From Felis catus (taxonomy: Eukaryota), in NCBI RefSeq assembly GCF_018350175.1, contig NC_058368.1, positions 93,064,001-93,128,000 on the forward strand: a stretch of 64,000 nucleotides of DNA. The letters are read 5' to 3'. The position numbers were made by a program, and so were the translations under genes. The notes under the pieces are model-generated. The model was not told the DNA's origin, searched no databases, and worked only from the letters and a program-made list of their open reading frames with translations. Below are positions 1 through 13,773 of this stretch, one piece after another; the first letter of the stretch is position 1; every line of letters starts with the position of its first letter.

Positions 1-2534
1 ACCAGAGTTTACCTGATACAAATATGGGGTTGCCTCTGTTCGGTGATGCTTAGAATTATTTAATTAAATATTTATAGTGAAAGACCATTTGAATACAGAT
101 TTTGAGATGCCCTGTGTCTCTTTCTTTGGTGCTTCTAAAGGATTTTCATCTCAGACCTACCTGAGTACTTCTCCTCACCATCCACCATGGTGGATGTTAT
201 ACTATGATGGCTGTGTGTTAGACCACAGACCGCAAGCTCTCTAAGAGAGTCATTTCTCTCTCATGCATCCCATCCGTCAACCACATGCCGACTGCCTGTA
301 CCACGCTGTACCCTCCGGGTCCTCGCTGAGGACGATGACAAGTTCCATTCTACAGACTCCTCTGTGGATGAGTCAGCGCGCCTCGCCCAGGGCTGAGCAC
401 ATGCAACCGCTCCATAAATAGCTGACAAACCAGTGGAATGTGCCGGAGAATGTGTCGGAGTAGGATACACTATTTCGCCGCTGGTTGGACAGATGAGATG
501 AGATGCCACAGCCCTAGCTCAGGTCTCAAACCTCATAGGGTTGATGGTTTTGACAGGCATTCAGACAAACAACAAACAGAACTATGTGCCTGTACCCAGC
601 TCCGGGGACATCCGAGGGCCACAGGGATGAGAAGGTGGGTAGAAGGCGTGGGGTGAAAGGAGCACATGCGACTGCCTCACTCCCTGCTTCCTCCTTCTGA
701 CACTCAGCAGCCCTTCTAGCGTGAGCTCTTTCTCTGCCCAATGAGCACACAATTTCTGCCGGAGGTGGCCTCGACTCCCAGCACGGCTGATGTCACGCTC
801 TTTTCAAAAATGTTTGAGGGGACGGCAGAGGTATGAATACGTGCAGGGTTGAACTTGCCCCGCTTTAGTGCTGTGGGAAGTTGGGGACAACTGGTACCAC
901 TAGGTGACCGGTCACAGTCCAAGAGCACCTGTCATGGTCTTTCTGCCCCTTACTCTCCATGGGCAGCTCAGAGAAACACATTCCAGGGCTGGATTGCATC
1001 TGCTTCAACCCTGTCCTAGGGGTCACTTTCCTACTGTGTGTTACCTTTGCTCTTTGCTGTCCTAGTAGTGATAAATTCTCTCTGTTGGCTCCTTGGGGCA
1101 TAGTTTTGCTTTATTTCAGATGGGAAGGAAAAGACTTGCAGTGCTTTGAGATTGAGTCTTTGGGTTCTTTGTCTAGCCTGTGCAGAAATGAGCAAATAGG
1201 TTTTTTTTCCCCCTAAAAATAACTGGAGAATAAGGATGTTCATATTCTCCTCAGTCAAGAAGACCAAACCCAGAATTTTGGATGGCAGGGAAAAAAAGAG
1301 AGGGTAACATTCCCTTTGGTTACATTCATGAAATAATTGTATCTGACTGTATGTGAGCTATGGTCTTCTTGGGTTTTGTGATTCCAAAACTTTATTGAAA
1401 AGCTCAGAAATTAGGAGAAACAGAGAAGCGAATAAAGTGTGTTTCACAGACCCTTCCAAATATCCAGCAGTCTTTTTTGTATTAAATAAACAGCATAAAG
1501 GAGTTTTTTTTTTAAATACCTTCAATTATGTTCTCAAGTTAGAGCACCATTGAATCTTATGTTTTTGCCTTTCCTTTATTAAAATTTCACAAATTAAAAA
1601 GAGGGCAAACATTTCCATGAGAATTTTGCCGAGACATACTGCCTATCCATACCTAAATATGCTTGTAGCTCTGGGAGGGACTCCTTCTTGGGAACTTAGG
1701 TGAAAAAGAAACTACGCATCGAAAATGGATCTGCTTTACTCATTTGTAAAATGGAGGAGTTGGACTTACCAGTTCATTGCCTTCCACCTCAGATCCCGGG
1801 CTTTGCCTCTGTGATGATTTGGAGGCTGTTGGCACATGCCCTAGAGATGTATCTTTAGTCCCATGACCAAGTTTTGCTGATCCATTTATGTTGTTGAGCC
1901 CAGTCTAGCACTGTGCAGTATAGTGATACATTGTGATAAAGAATAATCATTCCCAGGTTCTCAGGGAGGCTTGATATCCTTAGTGAAACCACTAAAATAT
2001 CAGCCCCATGAGAGAAGAATATGCACCATGCCTGGTGCATAATCATGTTCATTGTCTCTCTGCTGAAATACCCTGGGAAACAGAAATCATTATCCCATCC
2101 ATTCTCAATAGGGAAGATGTCACTTTAAGGGAGCAAATATTGGCTCTTCAGAGGTGAACAAATTGTACTCTTTATGCATCACAGTTAAATATACATAAAG
2201 GACAAAGTCCTGTGGTATCCTATGATATTAAAATATAGTGGGGGTGATTAGGCTAAAGAAAAAAAAAGGCTTCTTAGGGGCATGATATGGAAAAACAAAA
2301 GTCCAGAAATGGAAGTTATCCCTAAAGTTATAGCTGGGGAGTCTGAGAAAGTCACGGTAACCTGACTTTGGCTCTTGGCCCCGCCCTGACTGACCTTGAA
2401 GACCACTATACATTGCAAACTTGTTAGCTGGTTTATAGGGTGCAGCAATGCAGGATATATTATGTTCGTAATACTTAGCCAAATGTTGATGGAGGCACTG
2501 GGGAAGCAGGGAGGGGTAAGCCCCAAATGTTTCT

Positions 2535-2755
2535 TTCTTTCCTTCTTTTTTTAATGTTTATTTATTTTTGAGACAGAGAGAGACCGAGCATGAGCGGAGG
2601 AGGGGCAGAGAGAGAGGGAGACACAGAATCCGAAGCAGGCTCCAGGCTCTGAGCTGTCAGCACAGAGCCCAACGTGGGGCTCGAACTCACGAGCTGTGAG
2701 ATCATGACCTGAGCTGAAGTCGGACGCCCAACCGACTGAGCCACCCAGGTGCCCC
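2535..2755 (-). mobile_element. Can-SINE
   Basis: tRNA-derived head, (CT)n linker and A-tail on the minus strand; 17-bp TSD aagccccaaatgtttct. Confidence 0.95.
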
Positions 2756-3752
2756 AAGCCCCAAATGTTTCTAAGCAGACCATTGAGTTGTACAGATGAA
2801 TGTCTTGTAGTTGTGCATGTGCTAAATTCATTTTACTTATTTTTATGACAGCAAGGGTGGATCTTTTCAAAGTGTATTTTAAAAGGAATTCCTGGGATTC
2901 TAAAGATATGACATTGCCAATTGAAGATCCCTGTACTTACTTCTGACTTACGTTATTAGCATAGGTGAAATCCACATAGACAGATCGTTGCACATATCTG
3001 CTGCTTCCTGGTGATTCATTATTTCTCGGCACCCAAGGCGCTCAGTGCCCTGAAACACTGAATTCTTAGCGTTGAATTCCTGTGATCACTGCAGATAGTG
3101 TTGCTAGCTAATGACACAGGTGGGGGAGATGGAGATTTGTAAGAAGAGCATCGCAGGTTCAGCAGCACGACCGCCCCCCGCCCTGTATATTTAGCCAGAA
3201 TCTCTGGGTCGTGTTTACTGAGAGTGAGAGTCAAGAACAGAACATCTCCTTGGTGACACATGGTTGTCCCCAGAGCCTCAGCACTGAAGTATTTTCCACT
3301 CGAGTCACATAAGGACATGCCGCCACAACCCCTTTGATGTTCCTGACTTCTAATGCTCCAAGTTGAGCAAAGATTAGCAAGGGAATCACAGTTGGACTTA
3401 GTCTAATGATGTAATGATTCAGCACAGGAAGTTTCTAGGATGTGAAAGGAAAACAAGGAGGGTGGGAGGTGTCCCCGAAATGGAATGGATCTGAAATTTC
3501 AGAGCCTGGCAGGCTGGTCTTCAGAAAAGTTGCAGAGGGAAAGTGTGCTTAAATTGCAATTGGAATGCTTGAGGTTAAGTTAGCATACGTAAGTCAAGTG
3601 TAAGGAAGAACACCTTGGCAGTTGGAGGCATCTGACATTGGAATCAGTTATCAAGGGAAGTGATGCCCTGGCCTTCTCTAAGGCTCTTTCAATGGAAGAT
3701 TGATTTCTTATCTGTCTGGAATGGACTTAGGATAAGTCTACCTGTAGAGTAA

Positions 3753-4453
3753 AGTAGTCCCCCCCTTATCCGTGGTTTCATTTTCCACGGTTTCAGTAAC
3801 CCGCGGTCAGCCGAGGTCCAGAAGCAGATGATCCTCCCTCTGACACATTGAAAGTCCGCAGTTTGTAGCCTCACGGCTGGCATGGCACGCCTGTGTCATT
3901 GACTTCACTTCACTTCATTGACTTCACTTCATCCCATCACGCAGGCATTTTATCATCTCACAGCTTCCCAAGAAGAGTGAGCACAGCAAAGCAAGATTTT
4001 TTTTTTAAGGTTTTATTTATTTATTTTGAGAGAGACAGAAACAGCATGAGTGGGGGAGGGGCAGAGAGAGCAAGAGGGAGAGAGAATCCCAAGCAGTCCC
4101 CACACTGTCAGCGCAGAGCCCGATGTGGGGCTCAAACTGATGAACCTGTGAGATCATGACCTGAGCTGAAACCAAGAGTCAGATACTCAACCAACTGAGC
4201 CACCCAGGTGCCCCGCAAAGCAAGGTATTTTGAGAAAGAGAGGAGACCACATTCACATAACTTTTATTACGGTATATTATCGTAATTGTTCTATGTTATT
4301 AGTTTTTGTTGATCTCTTAACTGTGCCTGATTTATAAATTACACTTTATCACAGGTATGTATGTATAGGAAAACGTGTAGTTCATGTAGGGCTCAGTACT
4401 ATCTCAGGTTTCAGGCATCCCCTGGGGGTCCTGGAACAAAACCCCTAGTGTAA
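3753..4453. mobile_element. TcMar-Tigger non-autonomous DNA transposon (MER44-like), interrupted by a SINE
   Basis: Starts agtagtcccccccttatccgtggtttca and ends tttcaggcatcccctgggggtcctggaac, matching recalled MER44 termini. Confidence 0.8.
3996..4214 (-). mobile_element. Can-SINE nested in the MER44-like element
   Basis: TSD gcaaagcaag at 3986-3995 and 4215-4224. Confidence 0.93.
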
Positions 4454-4524
4454 ACATAGCCTTAGCTCCATAAGTCTCTGATTTTTTTTTTTTTCAAAGC
4501 AACTTTTATATACTAAGTTGAAGA

Positions 4525-4690
4525 GAAGCAGCACAGTGGTTTCGGCACAGACCCTGAATCTTGATTCTGCTCTCTACCCACTGAGAGATCTTGTGGAACT
4601 TACCTGAACTTTTGTGTGCCTCTGTTTTACTCATCTGTGAAACAGTACCTATCTGTAGGTCTATGGGTGTTAGGAGGCTTCAGTAAGTTA
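4525..4690 (+). mobile_element. MIR remnant
   Basis: Core-like tgcctctgttttactcatctgtgaaa. Confidence 0.65.
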
Positions 4691-4698
4691 ATATTTAA

Positions 4699-4862
4699 AA
4701 TAGTTTTTAATGTTTATTTTTGAGAGAGACAGAGGATGAGTGGGGGAGGGGAAGAGAGGGAGGGAGACAGAGTCCGAAGCAGGCTCCAGGGTCTGAGCCA
4801 TCAGCACAGATCCCGATGCTGGGCTCGAACTCACCTGAGCCGAAGTCAAACACTTAACCCAA
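4699..4862 (-). mobile_element. Can-SINE, truncated
   Basis: SINE body lacking the 5' head; TSD taagttaatatttaa. Confidence 0.85.
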
Positions 4863-5376
4863 TAAGTTAATATTTAATATGCCGCCCAAAGGTTTATTAA
4901 AATAAAATCTTTTAAAGGCTTAATACATGAAGGCTTTATGTCATCTTTATTTAACAGCTGAAAAAGATTCTTACCAGTGCCTTTGAAGTTGTGTGTGTAC
5001 CTTGCTATCTCACATCCCCAAGCACATTATTTAAATGAACTTTTGCTTGCTTTTCAAGGATTTCGTGTTGAGAGATTCAGGTGTTTGCAGAGTATGCTTG
5101 AATTGTCAGGAGAACCCAAAGAAACAAAACCTGCCCCCTTTTGATGCGTCTGGCATCTTGACAGCTGTGGGTCGGATGGTGTGTTAGTGTTACATTCGGT
5201 AACCTAGACGGGCTGCCTCTGAGGACACTGCTTTTCTGGAAGCTTTCTCAGGTGCTGGCTGTTTTCACTTGCACACCTGATAGAAACCGGAGATGTTGCC
5301 GGGGTCCTTGCTCCCGGTTTCTGCTCTCAGACCAGTGTTCCTCTCTCCCTACTCCTTAACACACTGCAGCACTTCT

Positions 5377-5601
5377 GGGGGCACCTGGGTGGCTCAGTCA
5401 GTTAAGCGTCTGACTCTTGGTTTTGGCTCAGGTCATGATCTCTCGTTTCATGAGTTTGAGCCCCACATGGGGCTCTGCGCTGACAGCACAGAGCCTGTTT
5501 GGGATTCTCTCTCTCCCTTTCTCTCTCTCTCTCTCTGCCCCTCCCCTGCTCATGCTCTCTGTCTCTCTCTCAAAATAAATACATAAACATTAGGAAAAAA
5601 A
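5377..5601 (+). mobile_element. Can-SINE
   Basis: ggggcacctgggtggctcagtc head, (CT)n and A-tail. Confidence 0.93.
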
Positions 5602-5736
5602 CACCCCAACATTTCTGCAACACATCATTCCTGATGATGCACCCACACAGGTAGCACATCTGTCACCCTCTCCTTGAGCTCCTTGACCTTGTCCTCTCTC
5701 CCCCTCCATCCCCCACCTATGGCATCACCCTAATCT

Positions 5737-5900
5737 AGTGCTTCTCAACCTTCACCATTCAGAGAAGTTGCCTAGAGATATTATTAAACTGCCGCCCAGA
5801 TTCAGTAGGTCTGGCAGGGGGTCTGAGAGTGTGCTGGTCTTACAGGCTCCCAGGTGATACTGAGGCTGCTGGTCCAAGGACCATGTTTGAAGTAATAAGG
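5737..5900. mobile_element. hAT-Charlie MER5-like remnant
   Basis: gattcagtaggtctgg...ctcccaggtgatactgaggctgctggtcc motif. Confidence 0.7.
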
Positions 5901-6497
5901 CTCTTGGCTGTCAGAAGCACCGCCTGCAAATCCTGCTGGCTGTCCCTTCAAAACCGCATCCTGCGGCCATCTGTTTCCAGCACCTCCTCAGCCACCACCC
6001 TAGTGCACATCACCCCTATTTCTCGCTCTCAAGGGAAAACAGTTTGTAAAGAATTACTCCTTTGGTTGCCTTGGACATGACATGGGTTCCTCGTGGCACC
6101 CACCCTTCTCCCTTTGGTCAGACCCCCACACAACAGCCAGAGACCCTTGAGGAATATAAACAGGATCATAGAACTTTCCTGATTGGAACCATCCAGTGGC
6201 TTTCGATACACTTTGAACAAATCCGAAGTCCTTTCTGGAATCTGCCTTCTGGGTATTTCTCTGCAGGGACCTCCTTCTCTTCCCCGGGGCCTTTGCACAC
6301 CCCTCTGCCCAGAAAGTCTTTCCCGGTTTCAAACAGGCTCTTCTCTGCCTCACTCAGAGGCACTCACTTCTCTGCCTCTCTGCCCTTGGATCAGATAGCC
6401 CCTCTTTAGGGCAACGGGTCCTGCCTGACAACATAATTTAAAATTGTTCCCTATCCTTTCCCAGGTCCGCCACTGTCTGTTCCCTTACTCTGCCCTA

Positions 6498-6726
6498 TTT
6501 TCTTTTCTTTTCTTTTTCTTTTTAAAAAGTTTATTTGTTTATTTTGAGAAAGACAGCATGTGAGCAGGGGAAGAGAGGGGGTGGGGTGGGGGAAGAATCC
6601 CAGGCAGGCCTCCACGCTGTCAGCTCAGAGGCCGATGCGGGGCTGAAACTAATGAAACTGTGAGCTCATGATCTGAGCTGAAATCAAGAGCTGGACACTT
6701 AAGCGACTAAGCCGCCCAGGCACCCC
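6498..6726 (-). mobile_element. Can-SINE
   Basis: Typical body on the minus strand. Confidence 0.9.
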
Positions 6727-6774
6727 TGCCCTACTTCTTTCTTGGCGCTTACTACCTGACATTTTCTGTAACAA

Positions 6775-7022
6775 AATATGCATAGTACTTTCTGTGTTCT
6801 GGGCGATGTTCTAAGTGCTTTACAAATACTGATTGACTCATCTTCTCAGGAGCCCTATGGGGTAGCTCTGTTATTATCCCCATTCTACAAAGGAAGAAAC
6901 TGAGTCACCACAAGGGTAAGTCACTTTTTGAGATCACCTAGCTTATGTATGAGGGCCGGAATTTGAGCTCAGCTGTCTGGCTTCAGAATCTGTGCCCTAG
7001 GCCACTAGACTATTCTGCCCTC
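6775..7022 (-). mobile_element. MIR, near full length
   Basis: ttattatccccattctacaaaggaagaaactgag core. Confidence 0.8.
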
Positions 7023-7802
7023 CACTCTTTGTGTGACTTAAATGTATTTTTAGGAATATTCCCGACTATATATGTGTTTGTTACTGCCTGTCTCTCCCTT
7101 CTAGAATGTAAATTATGTGCGGGCAGAGACTTGATTTTTTGTAGTTACTGCTGCATTCTCAGCACCTCGTACCCTTGTGTGGCTCTCCAGAACATTTATG
7201 GGACAAATGAATTCTTTCTTTAAATCTCTTGTTTAAAGAGATTTATGCAAAGATGAGTATTTTCATGAGTCTGAATGGGGCCTTTTTCACATTAGAAGAG
7301 TATATGTTACTTTGGTTGTAAATTTTTAATCTATTTAACATTACATATTTAAAACCTAGTTTCCCTTAAGAATTTAAGCTCAACTTTACAAATCTTAATA
7401 TACTATTGATAAATGCAGTGAAATAAAAAAAAAAGGCAGCTTTACTGTTTCTCTTATTACTGGTTGATTAATTCAAGTTGATCAGACTAAATTCTTAAAC
7501 AGTAGCTCTCATTTACAAACGTGGCTAATGAAATTCCCTTCCCTCTTTTAAGTTCTGTAATAATTTAATGTATTCATTTTTCTCTTTTAAGCATTTCAAA
7601 TGCCTGACAAGAAGCATTTACAACACAAACAAGCCAAACTCCTCCAACAGTTAAATTATTCTTATTAATCTAATCCACTAAACTTACAGCAAATCAAATT
7701 CCCTTAAACATTCTAATACTGCTTTACAAACATAGTCAAATTATTTTATATCTCTTTAGCATGAAGTCACAATTCTAGTAGAAATGATAGATTATTCTTA
7801 AA

Positions 7803-8017
7803 TTTTTAATATTTTATTTATTTATTTATTTTTTTGAGAGAGAGAGAGGGCACGAGCTGAGGAGGGGCAGAGAGAGAGGGAGACACAGAATGAGAAGCAG
7901 GCTTCAGGCTCCGAGCTGTCAGTACAGAGCCCAACTTGGGGCTTGAACCCACAAACTGTGAGATCATGACCTGAGCCGAAGTTGGACGCTTAACCGACTG
8001 AGCCACTCAGGTGCCCC
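7803..8017 (-). mobile_element. Can-SINE
   Basis: TSD attattcttaaa. Confidence 0.95.
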
Positions 8018-8102
8018 ATTATTCTTAAACTTAACCTAAAAAATAACTCATATGAAAGGGTTGACGTATAGCATTGTTTGTATTAATAATAATAAAAGCC
8101 TA

Positions 8103-8325
8103 TGGGCACCTGGGTGGCTCAGTCAGTTTAGTGTCTGATTCTTGGTTTCAGCTCAGGTCATGATCTCATGGTTCATGAATTCAAGCCTCACATCGGGCTC
8201 TGTGCTGACAGTGTGGAGCTTGCTTGGGATTCTCTCTCTTTCCCGCTCTCTCTCTCTGCCCCTCCCCACTCGTTCTCTATGTCTTTCTCTCTCTCAAAAT
8301 AAATAAATAAATATTTTAAAAAATA
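8103..8325 (+). mobile_element. Can-SINE
   Basis: TSD taataaaagccta. Confidence 0.95.
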
Positions 8326-8744
8326 GTAATAAAAGCCTAGGTAGTGTTCAAACATTTAGCCAGCCTTTAAGAGAGTTTTTGTGAAGGACTGACCCAGCTG
8401 ATCATCAAGGTTGGACACAAGACATAGAGCAGGTGCTAATGTGAACAGTGGTTCTATTCAAGCTACAGGTGGATATGCTAGGACTTTTCTTTCAGCTGCT
8501 CTGGAAAGGGGTTCTCAGGCTACCTTTCTTGGATGGAGTTGATTCTCAACACCCCACCCCCAGCCTCACCTTCACATTCCTCCCTCACCTAATGCTTTAG
8601 CAACTTCTTTTGCCCACATTGAGACTTGGTTGTAACCATTTCCCTGAATATGCAATTGAATTCTGCATCCTTTCCCATTGTTTTGGCTCATTCCCATGCC
8701 AGTGAATGACAGCCTATATTTGTTGTACTGTGTGTGCATTTCAG

Positions 8745-8959
8745 CTTTATTTATTTTTAAAAAAATTTTTAATATTTACTTTTGAGAGAGAGAGCACAAG
8801 CGGGAGAGGGGCAGAGAGAGAGAGGGATACATGGAATCAGAAGTAGGCTCCAGGCTCTGAGCTGTCAGCACAGAGTCCAACATGGGGCTCGAACCCAGGA
8901 ACTGTGAGATCGTGACCTGAGCCGAAGTCGGATGCTTAACTGAGTCACCCAGGTGCCCC
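8745..8959 (-). mobile_element. Can-SINE
   Basis: Typical body on the minus strand. Confidence 0.92.
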
Positions 8960-8969
8960 ATGTTACTGA

Positions 8970-11210
8970 TTTTTTTAAATATCTTTATTAGATGTAGTTC
9001 ACATGTATCAGTACTTCATTCCTTTTTATGGCCCAGTAATATTCCATTGTATGAATATATCACATTTTGAATATCCATTAGTTGATGGGCATATGGGATG
9101 TTTCCCCCTTTTGTCTCTTATGAATAATGCTGCTGTGAACATTCATGTCCCGGTTTTTGTGTGGACATATATTTTCATTCTTTTGGGTATATTTCTAGCA
9201 GTGGAATTGCTAGATCATGTGGTAACACTATGTTTAATCATTTGAGGAGCTTTCAGATAGTTTTCCAATCTGGTTGTACCATTTTACTACAGGAATGTGT
9301 AAGTGTTCAAATTTCTTCACATCATCACCAACATTTACTACTGTCTGTCTTTTTGAGTCTAGCCAGTATATTGAATGTGATATGATATCTCATTGTGGTT
9401 CTTATTTGCCTTTCTCTAGAGACCAATGACTATGTACATGTTTTTCATGTGCTTAATGGCCTTTGTATATATTCTTTGGAGAAATGTCTATTCAGATTCC
9501 CCCCCCCCCATATTTTAGTGGGGTTGTTTTTCAATTGTTCAGTTGCCAGAGTTCTTTATATATTCTAGATACTGTTCTCTTATCAGGTGTATGATTTGCA
9601 AATATTTTCTCTCATTATGTATTTTGTCTCTTCATTTTCTTGATAGTGTACTTGGAAGCACAGAAGTTTTCAATAAAGCCCAATTTATGTATTTTTTCTT
9701 TTGTCAGTCATGCTTTTGATGTCACATCTAAGAATCCATTGCTAAACTCAATGTAATGTAGATCTACCCCTAAGTTTTCTTCTGAGAGTTGTATTATTAT
9801 ATCTTTCATGTACTTTGAGTAATTTTTATATGTAGTGTGAGATAAGAGTCCAAATGTATTCTATGTGGCTATCAAATTGTCCCAGCATCATTTGTTGAAA
9901 GACTATTCTTTCCACCATTGGATGTTTTTGGTACGCTTGTTGAAAGTAAGTTGACCACAGATCTGTAGGTTGATTTCTGGACTCCCAGTTTCTATTCCAT
10001 GTATCTCTGTGTCTGTTCTTACTCCAGTACTATTTTTTCTTGACTACTATTGCATTGTAGCAAGTTTCACAATTGGTATATATGATTCCACAGCTTTGTT
10101 CCTCTTATTCAAGATTGTTTTGGCTATTTCTGCTATTCCTTTCCAATCCCATATGAGTTTTAGGATCAGCTTGTCAATGTCTACAAAGACAACATCTGGG
10201 ATTCTGATAGGGATTGCACTGAATCTGTAACCAGTCTGGGAGTCTGTCTTATCAATATGCAGTTTTCTGATCCATGAACATGGTATGTCTTTCCATTTAT
10301 TTGAGTCTTCCTTGATTTATTTCAAGAATGTTTTATACTTTTCAGAGTATGTGTTTTGCACTTCTTTTCTTGAATTCCTAAGTATTCTTTTTTGTACTAT
10401 TTTAAATGAGGAATTGGTTTTTAATTTTATTTTTGGATTGTTTGCTACAAATATACAATAGATTTGTGTATATTGATTTGTACATAATCCTGACACCTTG
10501 CTGAATTTATTAGTTCTATTTGCATTGAATTTCTTAGTGAATTTATATATATACAAGATCATGTTGTCTGTGAATAGGGGTAGTTTCACTTCTTCCTTTC
10601 GAAAATGAATGCCTTTTAGTTCCTGTTTTGGCTAATTGCCATGCTACGATATCTCCTACATTGTTGAATAGAAATAGTGAGAGTGGACACCCATGTTTTG
10701 TTCCTAATCTTAGAAGGAGAGTGTCCAGTCTTTTATCATTAAGCATGATGTTAGCTTGGCCTTCTTCAGGCTGAAGAAGTTTCCTTACTTTCTTAGATTA
10801 TGGAATATTTTTATCAGGAAAACGTGTTGGATTTTGGCAAATACTTTCTCTACATTAATTGAGATGATCATGTGATTTTGTTTTTTATTCTGTCAATAGG
10901 GTGTATTACGTTAATTGATTTTTTGATGTTAAACCAACGTTGTGTTCCTGCGATAAATCCCACTTGATCATGTTGTATAATTCTTATTATGTATTATTGG
11001 ATTGGGGTTGCTAGTGTATTTTTTCTTTAGAATTTTTACATCCATGTTTATAATATATATTGGTCCATCACCTTATGATGTCTTTGGTTGGGGTATCAGG
11101 TAAACACTAGATAATAGAATGAGTTAGGAAGTATCCCCCCTAATTGTTTTGGGACGTATTTATGAAGAGTTAGTTATTAATTCCCCTTTAAATGTTTAGT
11201 AGAACTCATT
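8970..11210 (-). mobile_element. Old LINE-1 (3' part of ORF2 and 3' UTR), degenerate
   Basis: Minus-strand ORF2-like fragments (LRLGTKHGCPLSLFLFN; KLPLFTDNMILYI, a decayed FADDM region). Confidence 0.9.
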
Positions 11211-13254
11211 GATGTCTTTTTAGACCTCTCTTCTGGCTTTCTGTTCCATCTTGCTCTTTTTTAAACTATATGCTGAATGTGAGTATCTGAAATATTTGTA
11301 TTCATTTCAACTAAGTTTTTAAAATATGGTAGCATTTTTTATTGCCATTGTGGGATGAAGCAAAGCACCCAGATGGAAACATTTTTAGACTTGTGTATCG
11401 AATGATTTCATACGACAGAGAGAGAAAAATAACCTGGCTGTTCACATCACATCATGTCTAGTAGGGTGTGTTTGGAGGTTATAGGTTTACCTTTCCAATC
11501 TTTTCTGTCAGGTTTTAGGCAGGTTATCTAATGGAAATGCAGCATCTTTCCATTGGTCAAAGCACTAGAGGACTCTCAGAGGAGAGAAAAGTTTCACATT
11601 TCCTGCACTACAAGATACATTTGCTTATTGTGGAACAGGAAACCTTTCAATGATTGCTTCTAGATGAACCACGTGGGGACATACCCATTGCCTGTCACCT
11701 TACAGATCCTGAAGCCATTTCTGCCCTGTCCCTGCACACACCATCTTTTCCTGACTTGTTCCCTTCTCATTCTGTACCTTTTCCCAGAGCACACTTAGCC
11801 AGGAATGTCCCCTGAATTCAAGCCTACCAAGCCTTCTTTTGTCTCACCGTGTACTTTAGGAATCTTGCCATTTCTTTGAATATTTTCCAATTAACAAGAA
11901 CCATCAAAATTGACATGTAGGTGCAATGGAAATGCTCAGACTTCAGGGGAGAAAGAAGAGAAGGAGGTAATATGAAATAGGGCCAGGTGGAGGGGAAGTG
12001 GTATTGGCCAATGTGAGGACTGTCCAATGGGTGAGGTAATGGATTGCAGATGACAACATAGCCTACGTGGCTATTCAGGTACTTTTCTGGATTCTAAATT
12101 ACCATCAGACCCACCCTAGTCTTGTCTGAATAATGTTCATGCTGGTCTCAGTGTTTATAGGATCTATCCTCTGAATCTTTCACTCCAGTTGGTAATAAAA
12201 AGTACTGTAGAAGAATAATCCGCTGTGTGTTGATTTCTACTGGAATGTTTCCTTCCAGTTTTCAGTAAATGGGGTCTTCCCAGATAAAGAAAGTCTCTGC
12301 CTTGAAAATTCTTTGAAGGTTGGTTTGGAATGCCAAGGGATAGCCTTATTAATCAGGTGGGGAATAAACTAAATGACCTACAGGCCATTGGACACTTACA
12401 TGTTTTATTCCATTTAATCTTTTAATGATGGCTTAGGGCCTCTTTAGCCTTACATCACAACAGAGTGGATCCATCGTAGACATGCATAGATAAATTAGTA
12501 GCATTAATTTAACAGTGCTATTTCAGACTGAAATTTTATGTGCCTCTATTACTTGTGAAATTGCAATGCATGCTAATGGGCGTATGGCCATATTTGAAAG
12601 CACAAAATGTGCATTAGAAGATAAAGCAGGGCTAATGTCATACCACAGGCCTAATTCTGTCACAGGTTAAGAGTAAACCATATACATTTCAGTTCATTTA
12701 GGGGCTGGTCAATGATGATTGTCTCTTCCTCTGTTTCTTTATATCTTTCATATTTATCCAATGAAAATATGGTAGCTCTTTTATCTGTATTCAATCTCCA
12801 TTTTACAAAGTAATTTTGTTAGACTGTGGTTTTTCATTTTACTCTCTCGGTTTTATGGGGATTTTCTCATTCAAATAATGAAAGTATGTGTTTTAATAAC
12901 ACATACAAAGAGTAATAAATGCTGTATAGGTATTTATATATAAGCATTAAATGAATCCGCTTCATCCATTAAGAGGAATTATGTTCTTTCAGACGTATTT
13001 GCAATATGTTGTTATACTCACAGAATAGTTGATACCTTTTAAAGTATAATTCCCATCGCATTCCTTGAACCTATTAAATACTAGTTTTGAACACTTTAAA
13101 AAGACATGTTTTGATGTAAGTTCATTTTTCATCTATAGAAGTAGCACATATTTATTATAAAAGTATTTTTTAAACACAAGTGAAAGTTTTACAAGATCAC
13201 CTAAAATAATTTAACCCAGTTGTACTCAATGTCAATACTACTGTCTTTCCTAAT

Positions 13255-13519
13255 TTTTTAAATGTTTATTTATTTGTATTTGAGATACAGAGAGGAAGGT
13301 GGCAGTGGGTAGGCAGAGAGAGAGGGAGAGCGAGAGAATCCCAATTCCAGAGAGGAAGGTGGCGGGGGGTGGGCAGAGAGACAGGGAGAGAGAGAGAATC
13401 CCAATTCTAGGCAGGCTCCACACCCGACACGGGGCTCCATCCCACGAATTGCGAGATCATGACCTGAGCAGAAGTGAACAGTTGGAATGCTCAACTGACT
13501 GAGCTACCCAGGCTGTCCC
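13255..13519 (-). mobile_element. Can-SINE with an internal 60-bp tandem duplication
   Basis: Units at 13288-13347 and 13348-13407. Confidence 0.88.
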
Positions 13520-13549
13520 TTAATTTTTGAAAAAAAAAAAATTATTTCT

Positions 13550-13773
13550 GGAAGTGCCTGGGTGGCTCAGTCAGTTGAGTGTCCTGACTTCAGCTCAGGT
13601 CATTATCTCGAGGTTTGTGAGCTCAAGCCCTGCATCAGGCTCTGTGCTGACAGCTTGGACCCTGGAGCCTGCTTCAGATTCTGTGTCTCCCTCTCACTCT
13701 GCACCTCCCTCTCTCTGCCCCTCCCCTGCTCGCGCTGTGTCTCTGTCTCAAAAAGAAACAGGCATTAGAAAGT
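13550..13773 (+). mobile_element. Can-SINE
   Basis: TSD aaattatttc. Confidence 0.92.

Larger units (their letters stand above)
5905..7212 (+). mobile_element. LINE-2 3' remnant, interrupted by a SINE and a MIR
   Basis: ctagaatgtaaattatgtgcgggcagagact...aacatttat...aatgaa resembles the L2 3' end. Confidence 0.55.

Noticed and set aside
12480..12670. Repeat-free segment with a tttcag acceptor and TGCATG
   Set aside because: There is no convincing frame-compatible donor, and the reading frame ends in TAG.
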